From an uncultured Verrucomicrobiae bacterium (lineage in GTDB: Bacteria; Verrucomicrobiota; Verrucomicrobiia; Chthoniobacterales; Chthoniobacteraceae), in the NCBI GenBank assembly GCA_963828525.1, contig CAWHEP010000002.1, forward strand, positions 512,001 through 576,000: a stretch of 64,000 bases of DNA, written 5' to 3'. Under the pieces are notes generated by a model. That model saw nothing but the letters and a program-made list of their open reading frames with translations. It was not told the DNA's origin and did not search any database. Of the stretch, positions 38,378 through 51,060 are shown in pieces. The translations under genes were made by a program, and so were the position numbers. Positions within the stretch are counted from its first letter, which is position 1; the number at the start of each line of letters is the position of its first letter.

Positions 38378-39262
38378 TCAAATGCCCAGCACCAGCCGGG
38401 CGTAAAAGAAGAGGAGCGGCGCGGTGAAGAGCAGGCTGTCGATCAGGTCCAGCACGCCGCCGATGCCCGGCAGCATGTGCCCGGAGTCCTTCGTATCGGT
38501 GCTGCGCTTGATGATCGACTCCGCCAGATCGCCGATAATGGCGGCAAAGCCGAGCAGCACCCCCAGGATGCCCGCGTGCAGTGGCATTGAAGGCGGGCAG
38601 CCGGTCGTGGATGAGGTAAAACATCCCGTAGCTGCCCAGCACGGAAAAGGCGATCGCGCCGAAAAATCCCTCCCACGTTTTCTTCGGGCGAGATATGGGG
38701 GATGAGCGGATGCTTCCCGATGAGGCTGCCCACCACATACGCGCCCATGTCGGAGAACTTCGTCACCACGATGCAGTAGAGCACGTAGTACTGGCCGGTG
38801 ACGTGGTTGGCCGCATTGCGCGGGAAGAGATAAACCAGCTTCGTAATGAAATTGAACAGCCAGAGGACGTAGAGGAAGCCGAAGATGGTGAAGGCCATCG
38901 TCTCCAGCGGGCGGATATCGCGGGTGCGCTCGAACATCTGCCGGGCAAAGACGATCAGCAGGAAAAAGAGGATGACCGCGATCTCGAAGTCATAGGAGCG
39001 GGCCGGCCCCACCCGGGAGAAATAGTAAAAGCTGCCCGAGAGGAAAATGACGCCGCAGATCAGGGCGAGCACCTTGAAGTTCGGGAGCTGCTTGTGATCG
39101 AGCATCCGGTAGAACTCCCACAGGCCGAGCAGGCCCAGGCGTGCCGATGAGGAAGAAGAAGCCGATCTCAAACCCGGAGAGAACGATCCAGAGCGCGACC
39201 GCCCACAGGGCGACCGTGCTGCCGAGGCGGCGGAAAAAGACCAGTTGTTTGGAAGAGGCCAT
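38378..39262 (-). CDS. cdsA: Phosphatidate cytidylyltransferase (frameshifted)
   Basis: [41 protein letters not shown]. Confidence 0.9.
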
Positions 39263-39398
39263 GCGGGCGCGACCGGCGAGCATCGAAGATGGCCGGGGGC
39301 AAGGCAAGGCTCGGATTTCACGTGCTCCGGGCGCGGCAAGGGACGCCCTGAAAAAAAGAAGACACCCCGCCCGCTGCTCCCTGCTACGGTTTTCTCCT

Positions 39399-40686
<1,288 letters not shown>

Positions 40687-40733
40687 GCTGCGGTTCCGGA
40701 AGGCAAGCGTGAAGCGCCAGCCACGCCAGGTGA

Positions 40734-41938
40734 TTACTTGGCGGGCGGCAGTTCAAATCCCGGTTTGTCACAGGATGCCATGGCTCCGACGTGATCACCG
40801 GCCTCATAGTAGAGAAGCCATTTGCCCCTGAATCGCACCAAGCCCTCCATGAAGCAGACCGGGGCTCCCACGGAGCTATTGAGTTCGTAGGGCATCCGAG
40901 GCGTCAAAAAATAGTTGTCACAACGGGCGATCATTTTCGTGGGGTCGTTCAGATCAAAGAGAGCCTGGCCGCCCGCATAGTTTCTCTTGGGAAGGTTAGG
41001 ATCGCCCCTGCTGGGATCATTTTCTCCGCCGTGATAGATCACCAAAATGCCTTTGGGGGTGACGATGGGAGGTGGCCCCGGTTCCATTAAATTGCAGTCA
41101 AACTTGCCGCCGCCTTTGCGCGGTGGCAGCACTTTGACCAGCCCGCCTTTCCTGTCGATTACCGGCGTCCAGTTAATGCAATCGTCCGAGTAAGCCGCGT
41201 TGTAGTTGATAAGATACATCCAATATTTTCCGTGGATTTTTTCAGCCACGACCCGGCCATCATCATAATAACGGCTGACCACCGATCCTCCCTTGGAAAG
41301 GCGGTCCAGGTACTTGCCGTCATAAGCTTTGGCAAAGGCCGGGCCTTGCTTGGTCCAATGAATCAGATCGCGGCTCGTCGCCACGGACTGCCGGGGCGTT
41401 CTTCCATTGTAAGCTGCATACAGATAGACAAAGAGGCCGTCTTCCCGCTGCACGACGCGGCCATCCTCGGTTCCCCCTGGCCATTCATATTTATTAAAAG
41501 CATCCTCGTCGGGATAAAGGACCGGAGTTGGATTACATTTGAAATGGATGCCGTCTTCACTGATTCCCAGGCCGACGCGCGAGTTATGAATATTCTTAGG
41601 CTCCGCCCGGTAGAGCCAGTAGACCTTGCCATCCTTCACCGCTGCGGCAGCGCCGACGATATTCTTCGCCTCCCAGGCGACGTTTTGTTTTAGAAGCGGG
41701 CAGAAGAAGGTCATGTCGGATCGCGGCACGATCAACGGATTTTCCGGGCAACGGACAAAGGGTCCAAGGCCCCAGGAGGGAACTCCAGCGGCTTCGACGC
41801 TGTCATCCACTCCCTTCGGAGCCAGAGCGACGTGCAAGGGGGGCTGCAGGCTTCATCTTTCGCTGCACTGTTTGAGGACAGTGATGCTCCAGCAACCAGA
41901 GCCAGAAGGACAAACTGCCCCGTTTTTCTTAAATTCAT
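40734..41938 (-). CDS. Secreted GH130-like five-bladed beta-propeller glycosidase (frameshift after the signal peptide)
   Basis: Signal peptide; ENPLI, LYRAE, SEDGIHF, GGTEDGRV, EPGPP, FMEGLV; visibly lower GC. Confidence 0.8.
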
Positions 41939-42125
41939 TTAATTCTTAATTTGTTCGACTCTTGTCCCATCAAGTGCCTTTGCCGTTTACCTTCAACTAA
42001 TCCCACAATTGCGAGATCTTCAACGGCTGCCTGCGCAAATCGTCCATTGCCACCCCGGACCTATGCAATCATATACTTACCCTCTTGCATCGTATCAACG
42101 AGCGTAAGAGGGAGGAAGTGAGCGC

Positions 42126-43870
42126 TCACTTCTCCTCGTCCTTCCCCGTGGCCTGCAGCTCGCTCGCCGTCTTGCCAAAGGTTTCCTCAAGCTGCTTCAG
42201 CCGGGTTAGGATCGGGTCGTACACCTTGCGCTGCGCGGCGCAGAAGGCTTGCAGCGGCTGGAAGGTCGCGCCGAGTTCCTGGTAGAAGAGCGTGATGGCG
42301 TGCCGCAGATGATCCTCCACCGGATGCAGGATCTCCTCGCGCTTCGCGGCCATTTGCTTCCGGAATTCACCAAGAATGCGGTTGCGTTTCACCACCGCCA
42401 CGCCTGCTCCGGTCAGCGCCGCCATCGCCGCCACCCCGCCGGTAATATCCAGGATGGCCAGGTGCGCCAGCGCGGCGGCCACCGTAGCGGCGCCGCCCGC
42501 CACGGCGATGCCGGCCGGCAGGCGCATCCAGGTGGCGGCATCGTTGAACATGCGGGTCATCTCGTCCTCGATCGCGCTGCCGGACATCCGCTCCAGCAGG
42601 GTCAGCTCGATGCGCTTTAGAAGCTGGTCGCGCTCGTTGATGAAATCCGGCGGCGCGGGGGGCGAAGGCATCTCGGCCGCGAAAGTCTTCTGGATGTTCT
42701 CATGCACGTCGCGCCAGACGTTTTTCAGGTCGGTCTCGAGCAGCTCGATGGAGTTTGCGATCTGGCGCTTCAGAGTGTCTCGCGCAGTTGCTGGTCGATG
42801 CTCTCCTGGAATTCGGCCTGCCATTTCTGCTTCCGAAAAATGAGCTGGAAGGTGCGGCCCCAGGAGAGACGCTCGGCGAGCAATTGCTCGCTCTTCCGCT
42901 GCGTGCGCTCAAAATTTTGCGCGAGCGACCAAAGCACCCCGCCCACCTGCCGGAAGGATTGCTCCTTCCGCTCCTCCAGCACGCCGCCCAGCTTCTGCAC
43001 GCGCTGGTCGTCTTTCTCGATGGTGGCGAACGCTCCCTTCGCCTTTTCGGAAAGCGCCCGCACGATGACCTGGGCGCTCTGGCAAACCGAGCGCAGCTTG
43101 CCCGCGCGCGAATCGCCATGGGCGATGGTGTCGCCGATGTAGCGCTCCAGCTCGTCGAAATGGCTTTCCGCCATGAGCCGGTCCAGGTCTCTTCGGGTCG
43201 CCCGTTTTGGCCTGGAAGGCGATCTTGGCGGAGACGGCAAAAATGGGCGGCGAAGAGCCGATTTTTTCCCGCGCGGTTTGTTCCAGGTGTTTCTTGACCG
43301 CCTCGCACTTCCTCCGGGTTCCGCAGATCGGCCTGCTGGAGCAGGAAGATGACGTTCTTGCCCCACTGCTTGTGAATCAGGTCGAGGAATTCCCAGGCCG
43401 AAGCGGCCCACGGATTCGTCACCGAAAAAACGAAGAGGACCAGATCGGCCATCGGCACGAACTCCTCCGCGATCTGCTGGTGCTCGGCCACGATGGTGTT
43501 CGTGCCGGGCGTATCGACGATATTGAAATCGCGCAGGAAAGGGCTGGGCCGGTAGAACTCCGTCAGGTGCTCGTTGATGGGGACGTCGCGCGCCGCCGCG
43601 CCGTATTTGAAGAGACAGATGCGGTCCGTGGCCGGCAGGACATCCACCCGGCAGAAATCGCGGCCGAAAAGCGCGTTCAGCACGGTCGATTTGCCCGCTT
43701 TGACCTCGCCCATGACCACGAAGAGAAACGGCTCGCGCAGGCTGGCGGTGAGGCCCTGGAGGGTCTCGATGCGTCTCCGGCGTGGCCTGCAGATCGTGGG
43801 CCAGCGTGGAGAGCGAATAGAGCGCCGTGCCGAGCTGCGCGCGGATCTGGAGATAGTCGTCGCCGATCAT
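42126..43870 (-). CDS. Bacterial dynamin-like GTPase (frameshifted)
   Basis: GEVKAGKS, LPAT, DTPG; C-terminal helical region with a hydrophobic hairpin. Confidence 0.8.
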
Positions 43871-43890
43871 GCGGCAGGCGCCATGGTCGG

Positions 43891-44780
43891 TTACTGCCGC
43901 CGGAGTGGTCGGGCGGCGCCGCAGCCGCCTTGGCGGCCGGAGCAGGTTTCTTCGGCGGCAGGGTGGCGGGGCCCCTTGTCCATGGCCAGCAGCTCGGAAA
44001 CGGTCACGAATTTGTATCCCTTGGCCAGCAGGGTGTCGAAGACCTGCGGCATCGCGTCCACCGTGGGCGAGTGGATATCGTGGGAAAGGATAATCGAGCC
44101 AGGCCGGGCCCCGGAGATGATGCGCTGCGCCACCACGCTGGAGCCGGGCCGTTTCCAGTCCAGCGGATCGACATCCCAGAGGATGATCTTCACGCCGAAA
44201 TCGTGGTTGACCCAGAGTCGCTGCCGGGCGGACATGGCGCCGTAGGGGGGCCGCATCAGGGTCGGCTTGTAGCCGCTGGCCGCGATGATCGCATCCTGCG
44301 TCTTCTGGATTTCGGAGCGCACGGCCGCGTCGCTCATCCTGGCCAGGTCGGGATGGGTATAGGAGTGATTCCCGACCTCGTGGCCCTCCGCCAATTCCCG
44401 CTGCACAAGCTGCGGAAGCCGGGCGGCGTTTTCGCCGATCAGGAAAAAGGTCAGCTTGATGTGCTTTTTCGCGGCCAGATCCAGCAAGCGCGGCGTGTTC
44501 GCCGAGCTCGGGCCGTCATCGAAGGTCATCGCGATGTACGGTCCGTCGACATTCACCTGGCTGAAGGTGATCTTCGAGGTGGTGGCGGACTCGGAGTGAA
44601 TGGCGGTGCTGCCCGCTCCCGAAACGATGGGCGGGGCCGGAGTGGCCGTGGCCGCGGCGGGAGAGGAATCGGCCACCGGTGCCGGGCGAGGCGGCGGTCT
44701 GCGGCGCCGTTTGCGCGCAGGCCAGCGAGGCGAACAGAAAAAACGAAGTAAGGCAAGCCGGGCCAGGGGTTCCTCATTTT
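43891..44780 (-). CDS. Polysaccharide deacetylase (CE4/NodB); start approximate
   Basis: TFDDGP, HEVGNHSYTHP, RPPYG, DPLDW, ILSHD. Confidence 0.9.
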
Positions 44781-44864
44781 GGGAATGAACGCGGTGCACC
44801 TTACGGGTGGGATGTGGGAATGCAATGAAAAGGGCCCGGCTAGCGCCAGGTTCAGGAATCTCCC

Positions 44865-45472
44865 CTAGCGGGCCGCCGGCGGCCAGCCGCTCCTCGGCGG
44901 GAGCGGGCGCCGTCCTTCTGCGCGGCCGCCATGCAGGCGATGAAAAGCCCCGTGAAAAGGAGATCGCTCACAGCGTGGAGCGGAAAAACATCCAGGTCGG
45001 CTCGTAGCCCGGCAGGCCCGTGGTGAGAGCCTGCACCCAGCCGCCGGGCGTCTTGGCGTAGCCCGCCTCATCCAGCCAGGAGGCGGAATTCGTCACCACG
45101 TAAAACAGGAGCGAACTCGCGAGGCTGGCCAGCAGGATGCCCGCCGCCGGCACGCTCGCGGGAAGCGCCCAGCCGATCCCCACCGTTGAGGCCAGCGCCA
45201 GGTAGCGCGCCAGCCATTTCCACGCTCACGATGGCGAAGTGGTAGTGGAACGCGTTCAAGATGACATCCGAGAAAAAGAGCGCCGCCAGCGGGAGCACCA
45301 GCGCCAGCTTGCGCGGCAGGTAGATCGCCCCGCACAAAGCCACCGCCGCCACCGGTGCGAAATTCCCCAGCCAGGGGTATTGGCCACCCTCGAAGCCGGC
45401 GCAGAGCCGGTAGGCGATAATCGCGGCCAGCAGCAGGAAAGCCGCGACGGTTTGAGCCGGTGGTTTTTTCAT
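44865..45472 (-). CDS. DUF6580-family membrane protein, putative BtuM/ECF-S-like cobalamin transporter (frameshifted)
   Basis: NFAPVAAVALCGAIYL, PLAALFFSD, SSLLFYVVTN, GLPG..FFRSTL; last gene of the riboswitch operon. Confidence 0.75.
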
Positions 45473-45484
45473 GGAGCGTTCTTT

Positions 45485-46240
45485 CTACTGTAAATATTGC
45501 GTGCTGCCAACAGGAGTAATGCGCCCGACCGATTCCCCCGCGACCCGCGCATCCTCCGTGCCGGGATACATCTGGAACTTTTCCACGTGTCCATCCAGGA
45601 AGAGCATGTTCGCGCAGGAGCCATGGCGGAAGTGGATCGTCTTGTAGGTTTCGTCGATCATGTAGAACTCCTCCAGCAGCGGGTTCTTCGGCGAAGCCGG
45701 CGCCTGGAAGGTATTCACCTGCGCGCAATCGCCGAACAGGATGACCTGCGCGGGATGAGCGATCGTCAGCGTGTTCACATTGGAGAGATGGTGGTGATTG
45801 AAGCCGTACCCCCAGCTGGCGCCGCGTGTACTTCGGCTTCCATACAGAGAGGCTGTTGTAGGGAAAGGAAGGGCAGACCTCCACGCCGCCCACCTGGCGG
45901 ACGTACGGGTACAGCGGGGATTGCGTAACATCCACCGTGCGCTGGCCCTCCGCCACGCCCAGGCTGGCGTTGGTTTCGAAGCCGAAATACCAGAGGTTCC
46001 CGCCGGGCACCGCTTTCATATACTGGAAGCAGACATGTTCCGTGATCCCCGAGGTAAAGATTGGTCGCCACGCCGAGCTGCCGCAGGCTGTTCGCGCAAT
46101 AGGCCCCTTGCGCGAGGGAGCGCACCTGCGTGAGCCCCGCCAAGGACAAGGCCGCAAGCGTGGCGACGATGCCGACGGAGACGAGCAGCTCCAGCAGTGT
46201 GAAAGCACCTGCCGCGGCGCCGGGGCGCGCTGGTCATCAT
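45485..46240 (-). CDS. Prepilin-type N-terminal cleavage protein with C-terminal H-X9-DG motif (frameshifted)
   Basis: FTLLELLVSVGIVATLAAL, CANSLRQLG, CPS, RHGSCANMLFLDGHVE. Confidence 0.85.
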
Positions 46241-46942
46241 GCGCCTCTTTTTCCAGAGCCAAAGCGCCGCCGATGCCCAACAGCAGGAGCGCCGTACTGC
46301 CTGGTTCCGGCACGCTGATGAGCGTTGCGCCGGCGAAGTCGGCATCCGAGGGGCGCATTGTTTGTCATGGCGCCGTCGATCGTCGACGGGGTTGCCATCT
46401 ACGGTAAAATCGGAATCGTACCCGGAATTGCCGAACACCCAGCCGTCGAAACTGTCATTGCCCAAGCCCCGGGTGGTCGCCCCGTCGTTGGATATTGTCC
46501 ACTGGCCAGAGCTATACGGGCCGCCGTCGTTCCCGCTCGTGCCGCCGGCCACGTAATCAGTCCAATCCTGCGTCGGCCCCGAAGGCGGCTTGTCATTCGC
46601 CTTGATGGTGATGGAGTTGAACGTGAACGCGACCACCTCATTGCCGAAGGAATATTGGTCGTACTGCACGTTCTGCGAGGCCGTGCCGGCCACAAGGAGC
46701 GGCCGGCCGGAGGCGGCGTCGGTGCCATCCAGCACCGGCGTGCCGAAGATGGCATCGAGCAGATTTTGCCCGGTAGTCAGCGCCCCCGGGGGATAGCTGA
46801 TCTGGAACTTGAAGGTCTGCTCCGCGCCGCTGGGGCCGAAGTCTCCCTGGAAGAGAATGAACGAGGAATCCGCGTGTGCGGAGTGAAGGAAGGCGCACGC
46901 GGCGAGCCACAGCGCTGCAAAGATGCCGATCTGCTTTTTCAT
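46236..46942 (-). CDS. PEP-CTERM surface protein (frameshifted near the C-terminus)
   Basis: Signal MKKQIGIFAALWLAACAFLHSAHA; C-terminal VPEPGSTALLLLGIGG plus basic WKKRR. Confidence 0.85.
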
Positions 46943-47084
46943 TTTGTGGTCTTTCGGTGGATGAAAGACCAGAAAACGCCCGCGAGTGGTGCAGCGGGAG
47001 CCCGGCTGGTCTCTCATTGCTTCTTTTCTGCGAAGAAGTTGGCCGGGGCGGCCATACTCATGGCGCCTCGGAATGAGAGCGTGC

Positions 47085-47250
47085 GGGGCGAATATTCTGG
47101 CTCCTGGCTTGCCTCCTCCCCGCCTTCACCGCCGGTTTTGCCGGCGATTGGCCTTTTGGGGATTTGTATCCAGTTACAGCAGCGCAACTGCTTCCGATTC
47201 ACACGGAATTCCTCGCTTCCACACGCGTTCGGGGAATCACTCGACTCCCT
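47085..47250 (-). ncRNA. Cobalamin riboswitch
   Basis: Minus strand reads GAGGAA-TTCCG-TGTGAAT-CGGAA-GCAG...CTGTAAC...GCCAAT-CGCCGG/CCGGCG-GTGAAGG...GAGCCAGAATA, matching the core order and B12 box. Confidence 0.85.
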
Positions 47251-47338
47251 CAAGATTTTCGCAAAGAACTGGCCGCACCTTGTGAGATCCGCCGGCAGGC
47301 GTCAAGTCCGCAAACTGATCAAGAGAAGGAGCATGTTA

Positions 47339-47433
47339 TCCGCAGATTAACGCAGATTGACACAGATTTTTGGGAGAAGCGCAGAGGCAGGCCTCCGGTT
47401 CCTAATCTGCGAAAATCTGCGTTAATCTGCGGA
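47339..47433. repeat. Palindromic CGCAGATT repeat, copy 2
   Basis: TCCGCAGATTAACGCAGATT / AATCTGCGTTAATCTGCGGA, 20-bp perfect inverted repeat. Confidence 0.9.
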
Positions 47434-47443
47434 GAAAAAGTCC

Positions 47444-48628
47444 CTACCGCCGCCGCTTTTGCCCGACGCGCCGGATGGGCGTGCGCTTGGTCGCGTCATT
47501 CATGGCCGTGTAGAGGTAGTCGAAGCCCTCCAGTTGCAGCCGCGGGATTTTTTGGCCGATGAAGTATTGGATCTTCGTCACTTCCTCCACATCCTCGCCC
47601 GTCATGAGGGTGAAGGCGTCGCCCACCGCCTGGGCCCGGCCCGTGCGGCCGATCCGGTGCACGTAATCCTCCGGGTGCTGCGGCACGTCGTAATTAATGA
47701 CGTGGCTGACCCCCGCAATGTCGATGCCGCGCGAGGCGATGTCCGTCGCCACCATTACCTCGTATTTGCCGGATTTGAAACCTTCCAGCGAATCCATGCG
47801 CTCCCGTTGCGTGCGATTGGAATGCATCACCGCCACGGAGTGCTTCGCCTCCTTCAACTGGTTGGCGATGCGGTCCGCGCCATCCTTGGTGCGGCAAAAG
47901 ATGAGGACGCTGCAGAAATCGGTCTTTTCCAGCAAAGCGACGAGGAGATCGAATTTCTGCTCCCGCGCCACGGGATAAAGGGCGTGGCTCACCGTCTCGG
48001 CGGGAGAACGGCGGATGCCGATCTCCACGATCTCCGGCTCGTGCAGCACCCAGCTCGTGAGATTCTCGATCTCGGGCGGCATGGTCGCGGAGAACAGCAT
48101 CGTCTGGCGCTTCTTCGGGCAATACTCGAGGATCTTACGCACTTGGGGCATGAAACCCATGTCGAGCATGCGGTCCATTTCATCCAGCACCAGGTGTTTC
48201 AGGCCGCCCAGGTCCAACTCGCGGTTGCTCAGGAAATCAATGAGACGCCCGGGCGTGGCCACCAGCACGTCCACCCCGTTCTTCAGCATGTCGCGCTGCG
48301 GGCCGAAGCCGACCCCGCCATAGACGACGCCGATCCGCAGATTGCTGAAGCGGGCGTAATCGCGGAAAGCGGTCTCCACCTGCGCGGCCAGTTCGCGGGT
48401 CGGCTCCAGCACGAGCGCGCGGATGGCGCCGTGGCTTTGCAGGCAGGTGAGCAGGGGCAGCGCGAAGGCGGCCGTCTTGCCCGTGCCCGTTTGGGCGGAG
48501 GCGATGAGGTCTTTGCCCGCGAGAATGGGAGGGAACGACCGCAACTGGATGGGGGTGGGATCGATATAACCCATGGACTGGATTCCATGGAGAACTTCCT
48601 CGGAAAGACCGAGATCGCGAAATGACAT
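47444..48628 (-). CDS. DEAD-box RNA helicase, RhlE-like (DEMD variant)
   Basis: Intact [37 protein letters not shown]. Confidence 0.95.
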   Translation of the reverse strand: MSFRDLGLSEEVLHGIQSMGYIDPTPIQLRSFPPILAGKDLIASAQTGTGKTAAFALPLLTCLQSHGAIRALVLEPTRELAAQVETAFRDYARFSNLRIGVVYGGVGFGPQRDMLKNGVDVLVATPGRLIDFLSNRELDLGGLKHLVLDEMDRMLDMGFMPQVRKILEYCPKKRQTMLFSATMPPEIENLTSWVLHEPEIVEIGIRRSPAETVSHALYPVAREQKFDLLVALLEKTDFCSVLIFCRTKDGADRIANQLKEAKHSVAVMHSNRTQRERMDSLEGFKSGKYEVMVATDIASRGIDIAGVSHVINYDVPQHPEDYVHRIGRTGRAQAVGDAFTLMTGEDVEEVTKIQYFIGQKIPRLQLEGFDYLYTAMNDATKRTPIRRVGQKRRR

Positions 48629-48733
48629 AGAGGGGCAGTATCTGCTTCCGCACGAGGGCGCAAGCTCCGCGCGGGGTTGCGCGCGGAGCAATTCCGGGCA
48701 ACCCTCTCCGGTCCGGTTTCCCAGGATTTACTT

Positions 48734-48970
48734 ATGAATTCACCTTTGATGCAGTTTTTCAAGAGGGCGCTCCGGCGCGAGCCGCCCCTCCACCCGGTGG
48801 ATCGCGGGATGGCCCGGCATTGGGTGAAGCGGCGCCTGTCCCACCTTTACCCGGAGCTGCGGGAGAACCCCGCGGCGCTGGAGGCTGCCTACCGTTCGCT
48901 CACGCTCGAGCCGCGGCTGGGAGAAGAGGGCGACGCGGGGACCTATTTCGAGATGATCCTGCCGGAATAA
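48734..48970 (+). CDS. Small hypothetical protein
   Basis: 78-aa ORF with coding-like composition in an otherwise empty interval. Confidence 0.6.
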   Translation: MNSPLMQFFKRALRREPPLHPVDRGMARHWVKRRLSHLYPELRENPAALEAAYRSLTLEPRLGEEGDAGTYFEMILPE

Positions 48971-49117
48971 TTCCGGAAAAGGGGCCGCTACAGGCGGGTC
49001 CGTCCCGCGGAAAGCGGGGTTGGTCACAGGGGAGCGAGGCTCCGTCCCATCCTGGTGGGACGGGTGATTTTGGGAGGTAACATGGGCGCTGTCGAAAGAC
49101 CACCAACCAAACTTCCA

Positions 49118-50173
49118 ATGAAATCCTATTACCTTCCCATGCTGGCTGCGGTTGCGGCAGGCCTGATATTCTCACCGACCGTTCATGCGCAATTGGGTGG
49201 GCGGCACCTTCCGCCGCCGCCTCCGATGTCTGGCGGCACCGGCGGGCCTATCTTCACCGGCAGCGATGGCCAGATGCCGCCGCCGCCCCCAATGGCAGGT
49301 GGAACCGGCGGCCCCGTCTTCACCGGGAGCGATGGCCAGTTGCCTCCGCCTCCAATGGCGGGTGGCACGGGCGGTCCCATCCTCACCGGGAGTGATGGCC
49401 AGTTGCCTCCGCCCCCCAGGGAAACCGGTTCCGGCGGGCCTCATGGCGATCTGGAGAGCGGCAGCTTCGAGTCGCTCAATATCGGAATTCCCTTCGTCGC
49501 CACCTCCGGCAGCGCCACGGCGGCGGGCGTGCTGCAGGCGATCAGCCGCAGCGGTACGGATAGCGGCTCGGTCGCCCTCAGGACGGCTGGCCTTGCTGCC
49601 GGGGCCTACACCGTGAGCGCCACGACCGCCTCCGGCAGCGACACTACTGTGCTCGGCTCCTTCTCCGTGAATGATCCGGCGAACCCGGCCCGGCCGCGCC
49701 CTGCCCGGACGCATGCGCTTTTCGGCGGGAATCACGGCGTCGCCTTCCCGGATGGCTTCGACCCCTTCGATGTCGCCACGCTCACCATCTCCGGCACGAG
49801 CGGCAACGTCCTCTTTACCGCGGATCTCAGCACCTTTGCCGACGGGGCGTACCTGGCGCGGGCGCCGCTCAGTCCGGTGAGCGACAGCTCCGCAGCAGGC
49901 GGCATGGTGCGGATCAAAGCCAGCTCCCGGGACGGCTCGGTGAGCGGGGCGCTGTGCATCACCGCCGCGGGGCTGGCGGCCAGCACCCCTTACACCTGGG
50001 CGGTCAATGGCAACGATCTCGGCACCGCCACCAGCACGGCAAACGGGCGCCTGCAGATCATGGCCCGCGAGGGAACAAACGGAACGCTGCCCGGCACGGT
50101 GAACCTGTTCGATGTCACCAGCGTCACGATCAGTGACAGCGACGGAAACGTAGTCTTGAGGGCGGCCTTTTAA
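49118..50173 (+). CDS. Secreted protein with N-terminal Pro/Gly tandem repeats and two related beta-rich domains
   Basis: Signal peptide; repeats of PPPPMAGGTGGPxFTGSDGQ; paired GLAAxxY...DVxxxTISxxxGNV segments. Confidence 0.75.
   Translation: MKSYYLPMLAAVAAGLIFSPTVHAQLGGRHLPPPPPMSGGTGGPIFTGSDGQMPPPPPMAGGTGGPVFTGSDGQLPPPPMAGGTGGPILTGSDGQLPPPPRETGSGGPHGDLESGSFESLNIGIPFVATSGSATAAGVLQAISRSGTDSGSVALRTAGLAAGAYTVSATTASGSDTTVLGSFSVNDPANPARPRPARTHALFGGNHGVAFPDGFDPFDVATLTISGTSGNVLFTADLSTFADGAYLARAPLSPVSDSSAAGGMVRIKASSRDGSVSGALCITAAGLAASTPYTWAVNGNDLGTATSTANGRLQIMAREGTNGTLPGTVNLFDVTSVTISDSDGNVVLRAAF
49208..49420 (+). repeat. Coding tandem repeat, 3 copies plus a partial, 63-66 bp unit
   Basis: (L/M)PPPP(P)M(S/A)GGTGGP(I/V)(F/L)TGSDGQ. 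Confidence 0.9.
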
Positions 50174-50361
50174 CAAAATCCGGTTCAGCTCAGGCGGCGG
50201 GTGCAATCTTCGGTTGTGCCCGCTGCCCCGAACGGCTTGGGCCTGCGTAGTCAACGATCAGCGGAACCGGTCGGGAAGCAAGCGGTTCCGCCCTGCGAGC
50301 GGGCCCCGGCTACTTCGCGCCAGAAGGGGATTGGCCATCGCTCATGGCGCTATTACTGCAA

Positions 50362-50555
50362 CTAGTTTTGACGTTTCAACCAATTGGCCCGGGCGCTGTT
50401 CAAACTTTCCTCGTTCGCTCCGCCTGCATAGTTGGGATCGGCAGATTGAACCGGGTCGTCTTCCCAGCCGCAGTTGTCGCAAATCTCGTATGTTCCCAAT
50501 TCGGAAATCGTCTTCTTTCCACAGCAAGGGCATTCCAAAAAGTCTGTTGCGTCAT
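50362..50555 (-). CDS. CPCC-family cysteine-rich small protein (absent from the ORF track)
   Basis: Manual translation ECPCCGKKTISELGTYEICDNCGWEDDPVQSADPNYAGGANEESLNSARANW. Confidence 0.85.
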
Positions 50556-50576
50556 CGCGAGAGACGATTGCCTTCG

Positions 50577-51060
50577 CTAAAAGTCCTGTTTTTTGAGGCG
50601 TTTGAGAAAGTCTGGATGAATCCAGAAACTCTCCACCTGTCCAGGTTTCAGTTTGATGTCCTTGACGCTGAATGGTCGCAAGATGTCGAGGAACTTTCTG
50701 AAGCCCGGCGCAATTTCAGTGATCTCCTCAGGCTCTTCGTGATTCCAGAAAAAGACTGCGCCGCCCTTGCCTTCATCGACGAAAACGTAGTTTCCGCCCT
50801 CCGACCATGCGACGGGATAGGCATATTTTGGGAGATTCTCGATGAATTTTCTCTCCTCAGCAATCTGGCTCAAAGGAATAAACTGATTCACCCCACCGTC
50901 GTCGTGCTTTCCAACTCTGAAGATGTTTGTGTCAGGCGTTGCCCCATCGTTATACCGCAGAAAACTGCGAAACGAACTCGAGAACGCATACCCCAGAACT
51001 GCCTCAACCGCGTGGATGGCTGCTTCCGGTGCGATCTTCCCCTTTGTGAGCTATTTTCAT
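50577..51060 (-). CDS. SMI1/KNR4 (SUKH) immunity protein (one frameshift)
   Basis: EAVLGYAFSSSFRSFLRYNDG...YPVAWSEGGNYVFVD..GAVFFWNHE..IAPGFRKFL. Confidence 0.85.
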
